A DNA stretch of 64,000 bases from Felis catus (GCF_018350175.1 NC_058383.1:30196001-30260000), one strand, 5' to 3'. Positions 37,722 through 52,204 are shown, counted from the first letter of the stretch. Numbers and translations: made by a program. The notes: generated by a model from the letters alone, not told the origin.

Positions 37722-37956
37722 TTCTTGAAAATGTTTCTTTTTATTGTTGAGAGAGAGACAGAGAGTATGAGCAAGGAAGGGGCAGACAGAGAGGGAGACG
37801 GAATCTCCAAAGCAGGCTCCTCATTGCGGGCACAGAGCTGCTGTCAGCCAGAGCCCAACTTGGGGCTCAACCTCGTGACTCAGGACTCGTACTCACAAAC
37901 CAGGAGATCACTAACTGAGCCGAAATCAGGAGTTGACTGAGCCACCCAGGTGCCCC
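37722..37956 (-). mobile_element. Can-SINE (diverged feliform subfamily)
   Basis: gagagagacagagagtatgagcaaggaaggggcaga..gcaggctcc..gactgagccacccaggtgcccc. Confidence 0.9.
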
Positions 37957-38730
37957 TTGGCACAATTTTTAAAGGCTTTTTATTATTTTGGCTTATTTAT
38001 AGACTCATGAGAAGTTTCGGAAATAATACAGACAAGTGCCAAGTACCCTTCATCCAGCTTCCCCCAGTGGCAGCATCATACAGAACCAAAGTACCTCATC
38101 AAAACCAGGAAACTGGTATTAGCACAATTTCATACAAGATTTCATATTCCATTTCAGAGGGATTATAGGTCTCTGAAGGCTATCCACAGGCCATGCATGA
38201 CCATGGGTTCGCAAAGCTAAAAGCCCTTGCCTTAGTTTACCACAGCTCCCCTCACCAACGGCAGTAGCCAAGAGAGATGTTCATGAGAGAGGGTAGTGTG
38301 TTTAGATTGAGGTGAGGAGTGCAGGGTAAAGACCCTGGAAATGTGGTTTAAGATTTGAGAAAAATTTTGAATCCAAGCAAAGGTTAGTCATGTTGTAAGG
38401 CAACTTAAGGTAAGGAAATAGAGTCTTTTTGGTACTGAGATTGGGATGAGAAATACAGAAGAGACCTCCCCCCCCCCACCGCCCGCCCAACACCAGCCAT
38501 GGCTATGCAGGGAGGCAGCAGTGAAAGGCATGGCTGCACCTAGGGGAAGTGATTTAGAAGGAATAGAGAGACAATTCATGTCCTCTTCTGTAACTTAAGG
38601 CTGAATGAGGAGGGACTGGTTTTACATCTCTCAGTTGGGTGATCTTAGTGAATGGAGCGCATTCAATGGACGAGGTGACCACCATGCTTCATGGTGGGTG
38701 GCCCATTACATGGCAGAAACAGCTGGCCGG

Positions 38731-38794
38731 CCTTCCTTCCTTCCTTCCTTCCTTCCTTCCTTCCTTCCTCCCTCCCTCCCTCCCTCCCTCCCTT
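38731..38794 (+). repeat. (CCTT)n(CCCT)n microsatellite
   Basis: Read directly from the sequence. Confidence 0.95.
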
Positions 38795-41700
38795 CAACAA
38801 AAAAGTATTGAAAACCTGATACCTGGGCCAAAACAGGGAAGCTCCATTGGTCTTAAGGGCTCAAATTAAAATGATTAATCAGATAAGAGTTTCTACCTTT
38901 AAGGATCTTCCAGGCAGGCAGGCAATGCAGCAGGTCAACAGTGTGATACAATCTGATAAGACCCCTCTTACAGACAGAGCAGTGAGTGCCATAGGGACTG
39001 GTGTGTTTGAGGAAGGAGGGAGCTGAGAAATGAAGCTGAAATTCATCAGAGGGCTGCAGATGCCAAGATCAGGAATTGGGGCTTTTAAGTTTCCACTGAA
39101 TGAAAACCACTGCATTCAGGCTGTGATCACCTCTGGAGGTGTTCAGGCTGCTTCTCATCAATTTGTGGCTGTTATCAACCCCATTCTTTTCAAGCACTGA
39201 GCATATCAGGACCAGTTTTTCTCACTGGATGATTGACAGCCTGTTGTTTTGCCAGACTGTTTGAGGGCATTCAAGGGTGGTGCGATGTTGGTTTTGTCTC
39301 AGGCTGAACCTCAAAGGGAACTCCTGGCTCTTATCTCCAGTTTCTGAGCCTCTGTAGAGGGAACCCACCTGGGCTGGATGATTTAATTAATGTCTGTATT
39401 ATCTCTCTGCCACGTTTGAAGCTGTTGTCATGCTGTTGATGCCTGAGTTTCACAGTAACACACCTGTAGGCTACCCCTGCCAGCAAACTCCCATTTACTA
39501 TCATCCTCAGCCACAGAATTTATAGTTGAGGCAAGAGATGTTTTGATTCCTGAGCATGTCCATATCCAGAGAAAGTCGGCCACATCTCAGTTTGAATCTC
39601 ATGAACCCCCATTTCATGGATTCTTCCTCAAAGTCCTCTTGGGCTCATGAAAGTCTGGTCACCCGCTCATATCCATTCCAGGCCAGGTGGCACTGTTGAC
39701 CCACCAGCTTTTTCCTGTATGAATTTATAAAATATTGAATACAGTGGACTCGGATTATTTTTTTTTAAAGGGTATAGTGAATGTCATCACACTGTGAGGA
39801 TAATGGATGCTCAAAATTTCATTCTTGGTCCACTTTGGAGTAAATTCTCAAGCTCCATGAGCTTGGAAAGAGCTGGTGACAGTCCTGGGCTCTGGAATTA
39901 GGAAGAACTTCCTTCTGAAAAGGACTCTGACACTGATCAGCTGTGCAGACTTTGTGATCTCACTTAATGTCAGTGTTCAGCACAAAATGGGAATGATGCT
40001 GTCATCGTCATCACCAAAGTCATGAGCACCATCATCACCATCACTATTGCCATGACGATGATAATCATCATCTATGATCCCAGCTATAACCTAAACAGAT
40101 GCAGGTTGGGTTAGATTCCTCTCCTATGGACTCTGAAAGCACCTTAAACATCCTTACCATAGAACATAATCATATTTTACTACTAGACTCCTTAAGGACA
40201 CAGGCAATATAGTTTTGTTTGACATTCTACCCCCAGTTCCTAGGAATGTGCTGGGCACCCAGGAACTATTCAATAAATTGTTGAACGAAAGAAAAAGTAG
40301 AAGGTAAGAGAACCAATTTTTGCCGAGCACCTATTACGTGCCATATGCTTTACAAAATTGTTTCTAATCCTCAAAGTAACCTTGAAATGGTTCCACTTCC
40401 ATTCCCATGTCTTGGCTGTAGTAATAAAGACCCTGGAAAGTTAAGTGACTTGGCCAAGGACACCCTTAATAAGTAGCAGTGACAATACTCAAAGACAGGT
40501 CTGCCCAATAATCTTCTTCTACGAAGATGATTACTTAATGAACCAGAAAATTTATTTATTCAGAATCTTCCTCTCTCTGACTATGTTAGGTAATCAAAGT
40601 TTTACTGTCTCCAAATGGGGTTGTAGAGGAGGGGCAGTAAGGTTGGAGACGTGGATGGCAGATGGCTGAATAGTGTCAGCAACACTAAATTACATGGCCT
40701 CAGGGCTGCTATGATTTTCTAGTCAAATTTCAGCTCCTTGGAATCAAGAAAATGCACAATTTTTTTCCCCACTTGCAAAACCACCCATCCACACAGGGAG
40801 TGCTGAGAAGTCTGGTCATGATGTTTTTATTTGCAGAGAGCTGCTTTCAAATTCTCAGAGTTCCTTGCAAAGAAAATGGCAAACATGGGTTTAAGTCACC
40901 AATAAAATTAAGTGTTTAAACTGGGTTTTCCTCCAAAAAGCACAAAATGGGCAGATTTCCAATTTCATCAGCTTCTAAGCACAGAAGGGAGTCTAAAACA
41001 TTAAGGGAAGAGAGAACATTCCACCTCTAAAGGTCAGTTTAAGGGCTTTTATATAAATGCTGGATCCCAGGTGGACATTCATAAAGAGGTGACAACATTT
41101 GCAAAGACATTTGAATTGTTCCTCAGAACCACAATATTTAAATTGGTGGGATGACCCTTGAAGGAAATGCTATCTGCCAGCATCCCTCTGCTTTGCAAAA
41201 AGGAGTCATCAAAATATGATGATATTGTACAGATAAAGCATCACATAGATCAGATCGAGAGACTTGAATGCGGGGGTTTATCATAGTGGTGATGTGTGAT
41301 TGTTGAGTATGTATCGTATACAAGATATTGTCCCAGTCAACACCCTTTGAATGTTATCTATTCAACACCTTATGGCTTTGTTATTATTAGTGCAATCTTA
41401 GGGAAGAGGAAAGAGAGTCCCAGAAGTAACTTGCCACATAATTAAGAAGCCAGATGCAACTGAGACTAGCTTAATTACATTTAATTAACCTACATAGTAT
41501 CTCCAAGAATCAACCAAGTCACTTTCCAGGGTTATAGCAAAGTACCTCGTATCAATAGCACCAAAGAAAGAAAACCTTGTCCAGGGAAGGTTTCCATACC
41601 GATGGCCAAATACTTCAGCCAAGAGGAAATGTGATGTCCCAGGGAAACAGAGAAGGCACAGAATTCTAACCCTGTCTCTACTTCTATAAAACTTCCTAAA

Positions 41701-42059
41701 TGGACAGAGACTCTCTGGCAGATCGTTTGTACCCTGCCTTCATTTCCAGAGATGGAGTTTTTAATACTGTGTTCAAGTGAGCCAGAGGTCAACATATATA
41801 AGCATTGGGAATCCACCAGTTCACCACAATTACAGCAAATGTGTTATGTGTACGTGTATTTTTCGCATAAAGGTCACATCAGATGCTCAAAGGAGTCTGA
41901 GACACCCCCACCCTAACACAACCAAAGGAAGATTTTCAGTCCTCAGATCTTTTAAGCTACAATTTATCTCTTGTGCTCAATAAGCCTTGGCCTCTCAATG
42001 CTCAGAAAGGCACCAAGGTATAGTAAAAATAGCATTCTTTCACTTACTAATCTCTTCAC

Positions 42060-42545
42060 TTAGTCATTCATTCAAGTATTTATCAATTGCCTTACTTTAC
42101 ATGCTATTCTAGGCATGGGAATTCAGAGACAAATTATTCCTGTGAGCTCCCAGTCTAATAGGGAGAAAGACACCTAAGGAGGTAATTATAGAACAATATG
42201 TAATAATCTCAATAACGGATATTTATAGGTCATAAAGAGGAACATCTAATCGAGGCTGAGAGGGTTGGGAAGATTCTGATATGAGTCTTCAAGAATAAGT
42301 AGAGTTAACAAGATGTCGAAAGAAAGTCATTCCAGGCAGAGGAAAAAACCAAGCCAGGTGGCAGGAAACAGCATGGTAGACATATGGGGGAACTTCCAAC
42401 AGCCTAATTTTCCTAGGACACAAAAAGGCACAGAAAGGTAAAAGATGAGTCTAGGGAGGTTGCAGGATAGGTTATGGAGGGTATTGGGTAATCTATGAGA
42501 AAATTCTGTTACATTAACCCAGGCCTGATGTGATGAAAACTTATA
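42060..42545 (-). mobile_element. L2 LINE remnant
   Basis: tcattcattcaagtatttat..gagctcccagtcta..aggaacatctaat..gagtcttcaagaataagtagagttaac..cattccaggcagagg. Confidence 0.7.
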
Positions 42546-44589
42546 CAATGATAGTGGTCATCTCCTTCCCCTGTAGACTGAATTCTTGCCTGAATTCTGA
42601 CTTTTCTGTCACTTGTTCCAGACCTACTACACGATATCAACATATAGCAGGTGCTCAGTAGTTTATGTTGAATGAATAAATTAAGAGTAAGGACAAGAAG
42701 TTGCATTTCATGTTTCAGAAATATTTTGAGTATTAACATGGCCAGAACTGGAAAGAGAGTGAACATGGAAAGTGAGAAAAGGGGAGAGTGAGGCAGCTTC
42801 TCACAACACAAGCTTTGGAGCCAGCCAGATCTGGGTCCTAACTTCCATCTTCTGAGCTTGAATGGTCCTTGACTGAAACAAGTAGGAATGGAAGATGGTG
42901 GTGATGGTTTAACATGGACTGAGCTCCAGACAGAATTAATCCTTTATGAAAAAGAGGGAGAGAGTGAAACAGAGAGACAGAGAGGAGAGAGACAAGGAAT
43001 CCCAAAGATGGAGAGCAAGAGAGGAGAAACAGAAAGGGTCAAAACGAGAGAATGTGTTTTGGGGGCATGCAGGCTTTAGGGGCTAAGCAGAGGTGACAGC
43101 ATGGTGCCAGTGACACTTTCTACCTGGTAAAGTCAGGTATGATGAGGTGTGTGGTGCTATTAAGTAGGTGCTCAAAAGGATCAGCAGAGAGGAGAGGAGA
43201 AAGGAACAGACACAGCGTGTCTCTTGCTATGCAGATGACCTTGGCTCACACCTGACCGTCCATTACCTGGTATTAATCTGCTGATCCATTACAAGACCAC
43301 ATTGCCTCTAGGCACACCTGTTTAACAAAACGACTAGCGCTTAACAAGCCTGAGAGGGACCCGCTCCTTCCTTTGCAAAAGTCCAGTTCTCTCATTTTAC
43401 CCCAAGGTGTCCACTGAAGGTTCACTGGGAAGCCCCAGAGACAGCAGAAGTTTGATGTCACATCAGGAGAATTTGCCCTGAGACTCTGTTCGGTTCTGGG
43501 CGAGGTGATGAGCCAGGCTACGAGGCCCTTTTCCGGAAAGAACATCGTGGTAATTGCTGACAGCCTTCCCTACGATGGATGGAAGAGTTCAGAAATAACA
43601 AGAATAATGAATAAGCAATCAGTCTATTCTGGGGTCTATTACTGCCCTTCTAATTGGGTGTTTCAGAGTCTCCTGGGATTCCCTAAACTACAGCACTATT
43701 CCCACAGAGACTAAGATACTGAGGCTGGAGACCAAATAACTCATAACAAACATGATGATGGGAACTTATGGCCATTCTGGAAGCTGTGATAAGTTATTTT
43801 TTGTCTTATCTTCTCCCTCCCCATGATCCCCTGGGCAGGCAGGACATGAGAAGTCTTTGAGCAGAGAGCACACCTGCGTTTGGATCCCAGCTCTGCCAGC
43901 TCCTAGACGCATGCGTTGAGACCCATCACTTCACCAGCCGCACCCCACTTTTCTCATCTACACTTAGGGTGAATAGCTCCTGCCTCGTAGGACTTTTTAT
44001 GAGGACTAGGACTAATATATGCAAATTGCCTGGCACATAGTAAACTTTCAATAAATGACAGCTATTCGTGTTATTATGATAGAGGGTATCTTTGGCGAGG
44101 ATGCAAAAGACTGGCAGTCTGACAAACCAGAAGCCAGAGCTACATTTCGGAAACTACCGGTGAAATGTGCAGTAGTCCTAATTAGAATTCTCATTAAGTT
44201 CTGATAATAAGAAATGTGTGAGAAGACACTTTTCAATCTCCCAAGAGAAAACAGGAAGTGGGAGGATTTAAAAAAAAAGGCAAAGAAAAGTAACTTTTGG
44301 TGACATCTCATTTTTGTCTTCTTAATCTGAGTGTTAAGAGAAATGACGTGAAATGTTCCTTCTGTGCTCACCTTTTGACCTAATGGGGTTGTCCCATCAC
44401 ACTCTTACCTAAGGAGGACTAGTACCCCAGAGGACAGATTCCCACCCCCCCCCCCCGCCAGCTCAAGAACTGGGTGGACCCTCCAAATACCTGAGGAAAT
44501 TATAGGGTGGAGCAAGGTGTGAGCAGGTGGGTTTGGAAAGGAGTTTCGAGATTAAGGTTGTAACTGGCAGACCTGTTCTAGAGGATCCC

Positions 44590-45040
44590 TGTGTATGAGG
44601 TTTGCAAAGTGACCCTGGTACAACGTAGAAGCTTTAAGGGAGTTGTTTGGGGAAGTGGTCCTAAGGCACAGGAGGAAAGTCTGGGAAGGGTGAAACAGGA
44701 AAGGGGGAAAAGCCGATCTCAGAGGGCTCTATGGAGCTGATTACCACTGTGAGGAAGGGAGCTCCAGCCCACCAGGACCTGTGAGGAATTGATGGAATGC
44801 CCTCAGAATTGTCTTCCCAAGAGAGGGAAATGGGGACTGTGCACCACTAATCCCCAACCCCCATTGGGCAACATTTAGCCCATGGGGTGGTAAGCCCTTC
44901 ACAATTCCAGCTTTGCACATGCTTCAAAATGGCGGCACAGGGTCCTAACGTAGAGGCAGGAAGGCACTAAGGCATATGGCAGAGCTCTGGAGCACACATA
45001 GGCCAGGTGCCACCTGGGTAGACCACAGCAACAGCTAGAG
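44590..45040. mobile_element. ERVL-type solo LTR (LTR33-like)
   Basis: tttggggaagtggtcc..gtgaaacaggaaagggggaaaagcc..gagctgattaccactgtg..cctcagaattgtc..ccccattgg..gccccatggggtg matches my recollection of the LTR33 consensus. Confidence 0.55.
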
Positions 45041-48000
45041 TAAAAACCACTGGTCAAGAGGAGGTGATACTGGGGGTGGGGTGAGGGGCTGAAGTGTTCA
45101 CTGGAATATTCTCTGTCTGCAGTCTCTTTGACTCTGAGTCCAGAGACAAGGGACCTGGGAGGTGGTGCAGCTTCACACACAAAGGGCATCATCTTTGATT
45201 CTGTGGAGCCTCTGAGAGTCTTCCCATCTGCCATCTCATCTGTTTCTCTCAGAAATCCTGCAGAAAGACAGGGCAGGGGTAAAGAGCCCTACTGTGCAGA
45301 CAAAGAAAGATGCTCAGAGACCTTCCACAACCAACTTGGAGTATTTGAGGTAGAGCCAAGCCCGAGTGCCTAGAAGTGATTCTCGGGGGTCCACCAACTA
45401 CCCACATCAGAATCTCTGGTGTGTTTGTGAAAATGCTGATTTCTGGGCCCCTAGAGCTATTGGATCGTGGTGTTCAAGTCCGAGTGCTGTTTCATACAAG
45501 TCACCAGAGTGCTCTCTCTATGTGCAGCAGTTGCCCTTGACTTCACAACACAAGGGTAACCGGGCTCCAGCCAAAAGAGTCTGCTTCCAGGGCCTTGCGT
45601 CTAAGTCTTTCCCAAGCCCAAAGCTAATCATCTCCCAGAATCCTGAATTAAAAACAAAGGCTGGTTACTATTATTAGGAACCCCTAGTCAGTGTCATTCC
45701 AAGACTGAGAAGCATCAAGGGGAGAAATCAAGAGATTTTTGAATGCAGAGGTCCTGGCCAAGAGGACCAGAACAGTCCTCAAAGGTCACAGTCTCTATCC
45801 CTATCCTACGGATGAGGAAAACAATGTCCAATATCATGCAGCTTGTTCCTGGTACGAATTTCCTGGGGCCCATCCCAGTGCACTTGGGAATCCACCTATA
45901 TGCAAAATAGCAAGGAAATCACCTCTGCTTTCCAGACCTTCCTGCACCACCACCCACCCCTTGCCCCCAAACAATTAGCCAGGTATTCTAATTTGCTCTT
46001 CCCCAGGATTCAGGACTGCTACTTGCACATGTACACCCACACCCACCCCTTACTCTAGCCTCCAAGCTTTAACTGCAGCTCTGTATGGTTTCCTGTTATC
46101 TTCAGGTCACCCACGGTCATACCAGAGGGCCTAGGATGAAGTGAATTGTCCAGAACATCAGAGACTCTGCAGCCTTCAGAAGGGCCCTTGGAAAACAGCA
46201 GCAGGAGGCAGGAACTGGCTAGGGCAGAAGGTGGTAGAGTGTCCAGTTGATATGAAAACTAGTCTCTGGGGAGGGTAGGAGGATGCAGGACAGAAATGTA
46301 GAGAGGAAGAGAAGGAGGGAGGACATGGGGCAGAAGGAGACAGAGGAGAAGGCACAGCATCGAAAATAAGACATAGATAGAGAGGAAGACAGACAGAGAG
46401 ATCATGTATGAGGAAGGACACGGAGTCTGTAATTTATACGTCTGCCTCCTCCACTAGCTGCCAAGGTCTTGGATCGCAGGACCTGTGTCTGATTCATTTC
46501 TGTGTACCAATGCTTAGCCCTGAGCCTGACATATAGCAGAAGTTCAGTATGTATTTGTCAGATAAATGAGTGAACAGAAAGACATCCTTGTAGAACAAAC
46601 CTGCAAAAAAGCATATTGTTATTCCTCTTCTACGAATGAGAACATTTAAGTCAGAGAGGCTAAAGCAGTTGCCCAAAGTGCCTAGGGAATAAAAAGGTAA
46701 GCTAAGACATCATGGTAAGCCAGGGTGACCCCAAAGCCTCCCATTAGCCCTATTTGGATAGGTAAATTCTCCCAAACTTTCTATGCTTATGAACCAAGGA
46801 AAACTTATCCTACTTCTTGGGGCTAGTTGGACCAGGACTAATGTCCCCCAGAAGTCAGAAAAGGGAGGTGTGACCAAGAGTTGGTGCTTCACCCAGATGC
46901 CCTCATATCCCTCTTCCTACTTCCAGGCACCAATCTTTCAGACTCTGTGTGCCTTTGATTCTAACTACCAGCACCTGAGATTCTGGAGCTCTTCCCTTGG
47001 GCTACTGACACTGTGTTCCCCTCGCACGCAGCAAGCCAGTGTTCCTGGGGGTTCCCATCCCTTTTGATAAAGCCCAGCTTCCTTCCTTGGATTAGCTGCA
47101 AATTCCGAGGAACACTATACACTGATGACCCTTCACGGGACATTGCCTGAGACTGTACCCTCGTGTGGCTTCTTTCCCTTCTGTCGGACTCCCACCTTTC
47201 CCTTACCCGTCCCTCCTTGGATTCCTTTCTTCCTTGCACATGAATCCCTGACTTGGGATATGTTTCTGGGGATCCCAATATAACCTAAAGAGAAACACCA
47301 AGCTACGCCATTAGCCTGGGAATCCATGGGCTTCCTATTAATAACAGCTCCCCTTTATTGAGCATCCACCATGATTCAATGTTTCACACACTTTACCTCA
47401 AATGCTCCAACAACATGACAAGTTAGGCATGATTGTGTCCATCCTGGCGATGAGAAAACCTAGGCTCTGAGACAACTCAGTAATCTCCCCAAGGTCACCT
47501 AGCTAGAAGTGCTAGGGAGGGGATTTGAACCCCGGACTAGCTGTCATCGAGGCTTTCCCCTACCCATGCTCTCTTTATAGTACTTGCTTATCCACTGTTC
47601 ACCTTACATTTTCATTTGTTTTTTCACAGGGAGGGAGGGAGGGATAGTGGCACAGAGATCCTTGTATCCTCAAGGTCCTGTACAACACCTGGCACATGGT
47701 AGGTACTCTGTATTTGTTGAGTGATTAAATGAGGTGCTTGAGAGGAACAAAACACTTAGAAGTGTCTCTAAATTTTCTCCAAAATTCCATTGACTCTGCT
47801 TGAGAAAGTAGTAAACACCCCCCTGAGGCAGATTCCCATAGCAAATAAGGAGACCAACAATAAAAGCTTTAAGACCTACATCGTATTAACATTTGGGACC
47901 TGAACGTGGGGCTCGACTGACAGCTTGTAGAAACCCTGTACATTCAGTTCAACTGCCTTCGATAAGTGGGCAGCAAAACGCAAAACCAAAATTAGAGTAT

Positions 48001-49349
48001 CAAAACCAGCTTCCGATTACCAGAAAATAAGGCACCTGCATGTTATAAATTGCCCCTTTAGGATTTCCTTATTTTGTAGCTTTTAAGATGAAGACAATGA
48101 AGTGTTCTATTTGGATGTTGAGATTCTTAAAAACGAGGTGCCCTTTTATAATGTTTTAAAAGGAAGCATTATAAGATTTGAATCTAAGTGAACCCTCTGA
48201 ACTTGCAAAAAGGAAAAATTCAAGATGATGTGAAAAAATTATTTCCAGCAACCATGACATTTCTTGATGTGAAGTGCTTTCTTTGAACTGTACAACACAG
48301 CACGAGTTAGGATTTGGAATCTGACAAGAAAATAAGCAAGATGCCAAGTTGACAGTGTAGACATTCTTCTCCTACAAAGATTTCACCTCCATAACTGGAT
48401 CCCGATTGTGCCAGCAACTTGGAGAGGGCTGAGGGGGGTACTAGAATTGGTGGAACCAGCACTTGCTCTGTGATCGTAAGGAAGTCGCTTAACTTCACAA
48501 AACCCTTAGCTATTAAATGGCATTACTAGCCCTATTAAATAGAGTTCCTGGGAGGGTAAGACATTGGGGAATTTCTTAGCATGAGTAGGTTAGTTAAGAT
48601 GGTGATGATGATGATGATAAGAGACAACATCTATTAAGTGTCTTTTATGTGCCAGACACTGTTGAAGATGTTTCATCTATTGGATTTGTTAAGGAAATTC
48701 TAACTACTCTAACAGATAAACCCTGAAATCTCAGGGCTTAACACAATAGTAAGATTACTTCTCATTCATATAAAGTTCAATTAATGATAGGAACAGTGGC
48801 GGAGGAAGTCACTGCTCCACAAAATCATTCAGAGACTGGGGCTCACCAAGGCTCTGACATCTTCAATATGTGGTTTCTGAGGCTGTGCTGGGCATTGGCA
48901 TCTATTCAGCAGGTGGGGGAGGCAGTGGGAGGATTATGCCAGAGGTTTTATGGACCATGTCTGAAAGTTGACTACATCAATTCCATTCATATCGTCCCAA
49001 ACCCAGTCACATGACTCCCATCCAGATGCAAAAGGAGAAGGATTGGGAAGCATAGATCTTGTCTGGCCTGCCATAACTCTATGTTACATCTTTACTGGGT
49101 AATTAGCTGTTTTGCCACTCATACATTCCATATAAAGGCCTCACACAAAAAACGTGAGGTGTGGGGGCTCTTATTACTTCTATTATTGAAGATGGAGAAA
49201 CTGAGGCACAGAAGGTGATGGAGCTAAGAATTAATTCCAGGTTAGTTAGTTATCTCTCTGAAAGTGATAGAGATGTCATAATTATGCTCATATACTCAAT
49301 ACTCCCAAAAGACATTATAGCTTAGACTTTTGCACTGGGGGGCAAAAGC

Positions 49350-49805
49350 TGTAGGCAGCCTCTAAGATGGCCCCAAATGATCCCATCTTCTGGTCTTCAC
49401 AGCCTTATGCAGTCCTTTCCCCTTGAGCAACATGCTTCTAACCAATAGATTATGGTGATGTTGTTACCTCTATCATTAGATGACCAAGAGATTGTGACTT
49501 CTGTCTTGCTAGCAAATGCTCTCTTTTGCCATCTTTGATGGAGTAAGCTAACATATTAGAGAGTCCCCCATGGAAAGAAACTGAAGGTGGCCTAAGGCCA
49601 AAAGCCAGGGAGGAACCAACACCATCAGTCCAACAATCCCTTAGGAACCAAATCCTGCCAACAACTACATGAGGGAGCTTGCAAGCAGATCTACCCCACT
49701 TGAGCCTTCAAATGATACTACAACCCTGACTTACACTTTGACTGCAGGCTCACAAGAGATCCCTGAAGCACAGAACCCAGTTAAGCCACGCTCAGATTCC
49801 TGATC
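49350..49805 (+). mobile_element. MaLR solo LTR (MLT1E-like), 3'-truncated
   Basis: tgtaggcagcctctaagatggccccaaatgatccc..cttctaaccaataga..aatcctgccaacaac..tgagccttcaaatga..ctcagattcctga. Confidence 0.8.
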
Positions 49806-50752
49806 TCTTCTAATAAGCAACAATAAACAATACATAACTAACAAACCATCTAAATCCAACATTTTTTACTACCATGATCTCCTTAATGATGATTTTATCC
49901 CCTGTAGACCTCCAGATCTGAAAAATTCCTTCCATCCAGCAAACCACATTCATTGGGCAAGAATTTAGCTTCTTTCTAGTTTTAAAAATTGTATCAAAAC
50001 TACAAGAGGGTCTGTAGTAAAATCAGGTCCTTGACATGCTCACGACATCCCCAACAGCCAGGGAGATGGAAGAAAAGGTCCTACACCAAGTTCAGAATTG
50101 TCTTACCCAAAGCCAAGGTGAAGAAGCTTAATGAGCTTGAGGTTTCTTCTAATCCCTTCTGTGGGGCCTAGGGTATGTGATGATCCTGAACGGAGGTTTA
50201 AAATACTGAAAGTACCAACTGGAAACTGTGCTCAGAGCTTTACATAGATTATATTATTCCATTCTCATACCAACCCTTTCATAGGTGCTATTATTATGCC
50301 CACTTGGAAGCAGACATAGGTCCTCTGACTCCAGAGATCCGACTCTTATCCAAAAGAAAGCACAACCTCCTAGAGAGGGGAAGTGACTTTCCCAGAGTCA
50401 GACAAAATTAAGGGACACCTAGTTAAAATTCCTGGTTTACTGTCTGCCGGCCTCAGAGGGCTCCTCTGGTGCTGCTTTCTTTCCCACTCCCCAGACACTA
50501 ACCCATTCTGGAGACCAAGTACTGTTTTGCTGGTGACATAAGCAGTTTGCAGGACAGGTCTGAAGAACATGAAGGATGGAAACATCAATGGAGGCACCCT
50601 CAGGCCAGTTGAGTGCCTCCAGGTCGGTGACATTTGGTAGGAATGGATACTGACCAGTGGATACTACCTGTCCCAGAGGAATATACTTCTCCCTGCACTT
50701 AACTGAACATCCTTAGAGCAATTTTAGGACACATTACGGTTCCCAATTATTT

Positions 50753-50990
50753 TTTTAAAAAATTGTTAACGTTTATTCATTTTTGAGAGACAGAACACGA
50801 GTAGGGGAGAAGCAGAGAGAGAGACAGAGAGAGAGAGAGACAGCAAGAGAGAGACAGAGAGAGAATCTGAAGCAAGCTCAAGCTCTGAGCTGTCAGCACA
50901 GAGCCCGATGTGGGGCTTGAACTCACTGACTGCGAGATCATGACCTGAGCTGAAGTCGGACGCCCAACAGACTGAGCCAGCCAGACGCCC
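50753..50990 (-). mobile_element. Can-SINE (SINEC_Fc-like) with ~19-bp TSD
   Basis: Antisense SINE. TSD ttac(g/a)gttcccaattattt at 50734-50752 and 50991-51009. Confidence 0.96.
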
Positions 50991-51064
50991 TTACAGTTCC
51001 CAATTATTTACTGCAGTGGAAGCAAGTGCAGGCATGGATCGTTTGAGTACGAACTGGCTCATTG

Positions 51065-51300
51065 TGGTAGGGTTGGCTTTGGAATCATACGGACTGGGTT
51101 TGGATTCCCAACCCTGCCACTCGCTAGAGGTATGTTCTTGTAAGAGTCATTTCACCTCTCCGAGTCTCAGTTTTCCCATCTTGAAAATGGGAACAATGCC
51201 TCTTCCTCAGAGCACTGTTGAGAGGAGAAAATGAGGCAATGCATAGAAAGTACTTAACCTGGTGCCTGGCCCATAATAAAAACTCAGTAACTGGTAACAG
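51065..51300 (+). mobile_element. MIR remnant
   Basis: ggctttggaatca..ctgggtttggattcc..cacctctccgagtctcagttttcccatc..aaaatggg..gtgcctggcccataa. Confidence 0.78.
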
Positions 51301-51564
51301 AAAGATGTGTTGCTGTTATTATCATTATGATTATTATCTTTCAAGGCTGAGACTGTCTGAATTTATGAGGAAGATTTATTTTAGTTTTAGGTGATGAATA
51401 TATTTCTAACTGGGTTTAAAAAAAAACAGAATCTGAAAATTTCTGGGACAGCGAAGTCTTTGTAGTCAGGATCTTCTAAGCACTGGGCTTGGAGAGCTTA
51501 CCTTGAATGGAAAGATATTATTATTAACTGTCTCCAACATTCATTTAAAAATAGTCCCCAGACA

Positions 51565-51676
51565 GGGCGCCTGGCTGGCTCAGTCAGGAGAGCATGTGGC
51601 TCTTGATCTCAGGGTTGTAGGTTCAAGCGCCACATTGGGTGGAGAGATTACTTAAAAAATAGTATCTTAAAAACAA
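51565..51676 (+). mobile_element. Short tRNA-derived Can-SINE
   Basis: gggcgcctggctggctcagtcaggagagcatgtggctcttgatctcagggttgtaggttcaagc..gattacttaaaaaat. TSD agtcccca. Confidence 0.88.
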
Positions 51677-52204
51677 AAGTCCCCAAACATGTCTGATAAA
51701 AGGTTCCCTAACCTCAGACATCTACCTTTCTCCTCAGGGAGGGGGAAAGAACTAGGAGTTTCACTGTCACTACCCCAGGGTTTGAGCTGACTCCAGGGAG
51801 TTGTAAGAACATTTAACATGTTTGCAACACAAATATGTATACAACACAGTATGTGATCAACAGCTTGAGGGTGAACCAGAAAGATCTGGGGTTCAGTACA
51901 CTCTGTCACTGACTTGCTATTTCTCTATGCAAGTGTAAACTCTCGGAGCCTCAGTCTCTTCTTCTGGGAGTGGGGGATAATAAAAAACCATTCATAGAAT
52001 TGTCATAGAATGAGCTGAAATAGAATGAGCTGAAATAACTCCTGAGTGTTTACTAGGAGCTCATTAATGTCTTTGAATCTATTACTTTATTTCTCACAAC
52101 AGCCAATGAAAGAGATACTATGATTATCTCTACTTGAAGGATGAGAAAATCGAAGCATGGTGAGAAAAGCAAGGAGCTCTGAGTCTTTCTAGCCCTTGGG
52201 TGCT

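Noticed and set aside
51565..51650. tRNA-like sequences (also ~9010-9097 and 61345-61430)
   Set aside because: Diverged tRNA-derived SINE heads with A-rich tails and TSDs; no intact cloverleaf, so not tRNA genes.
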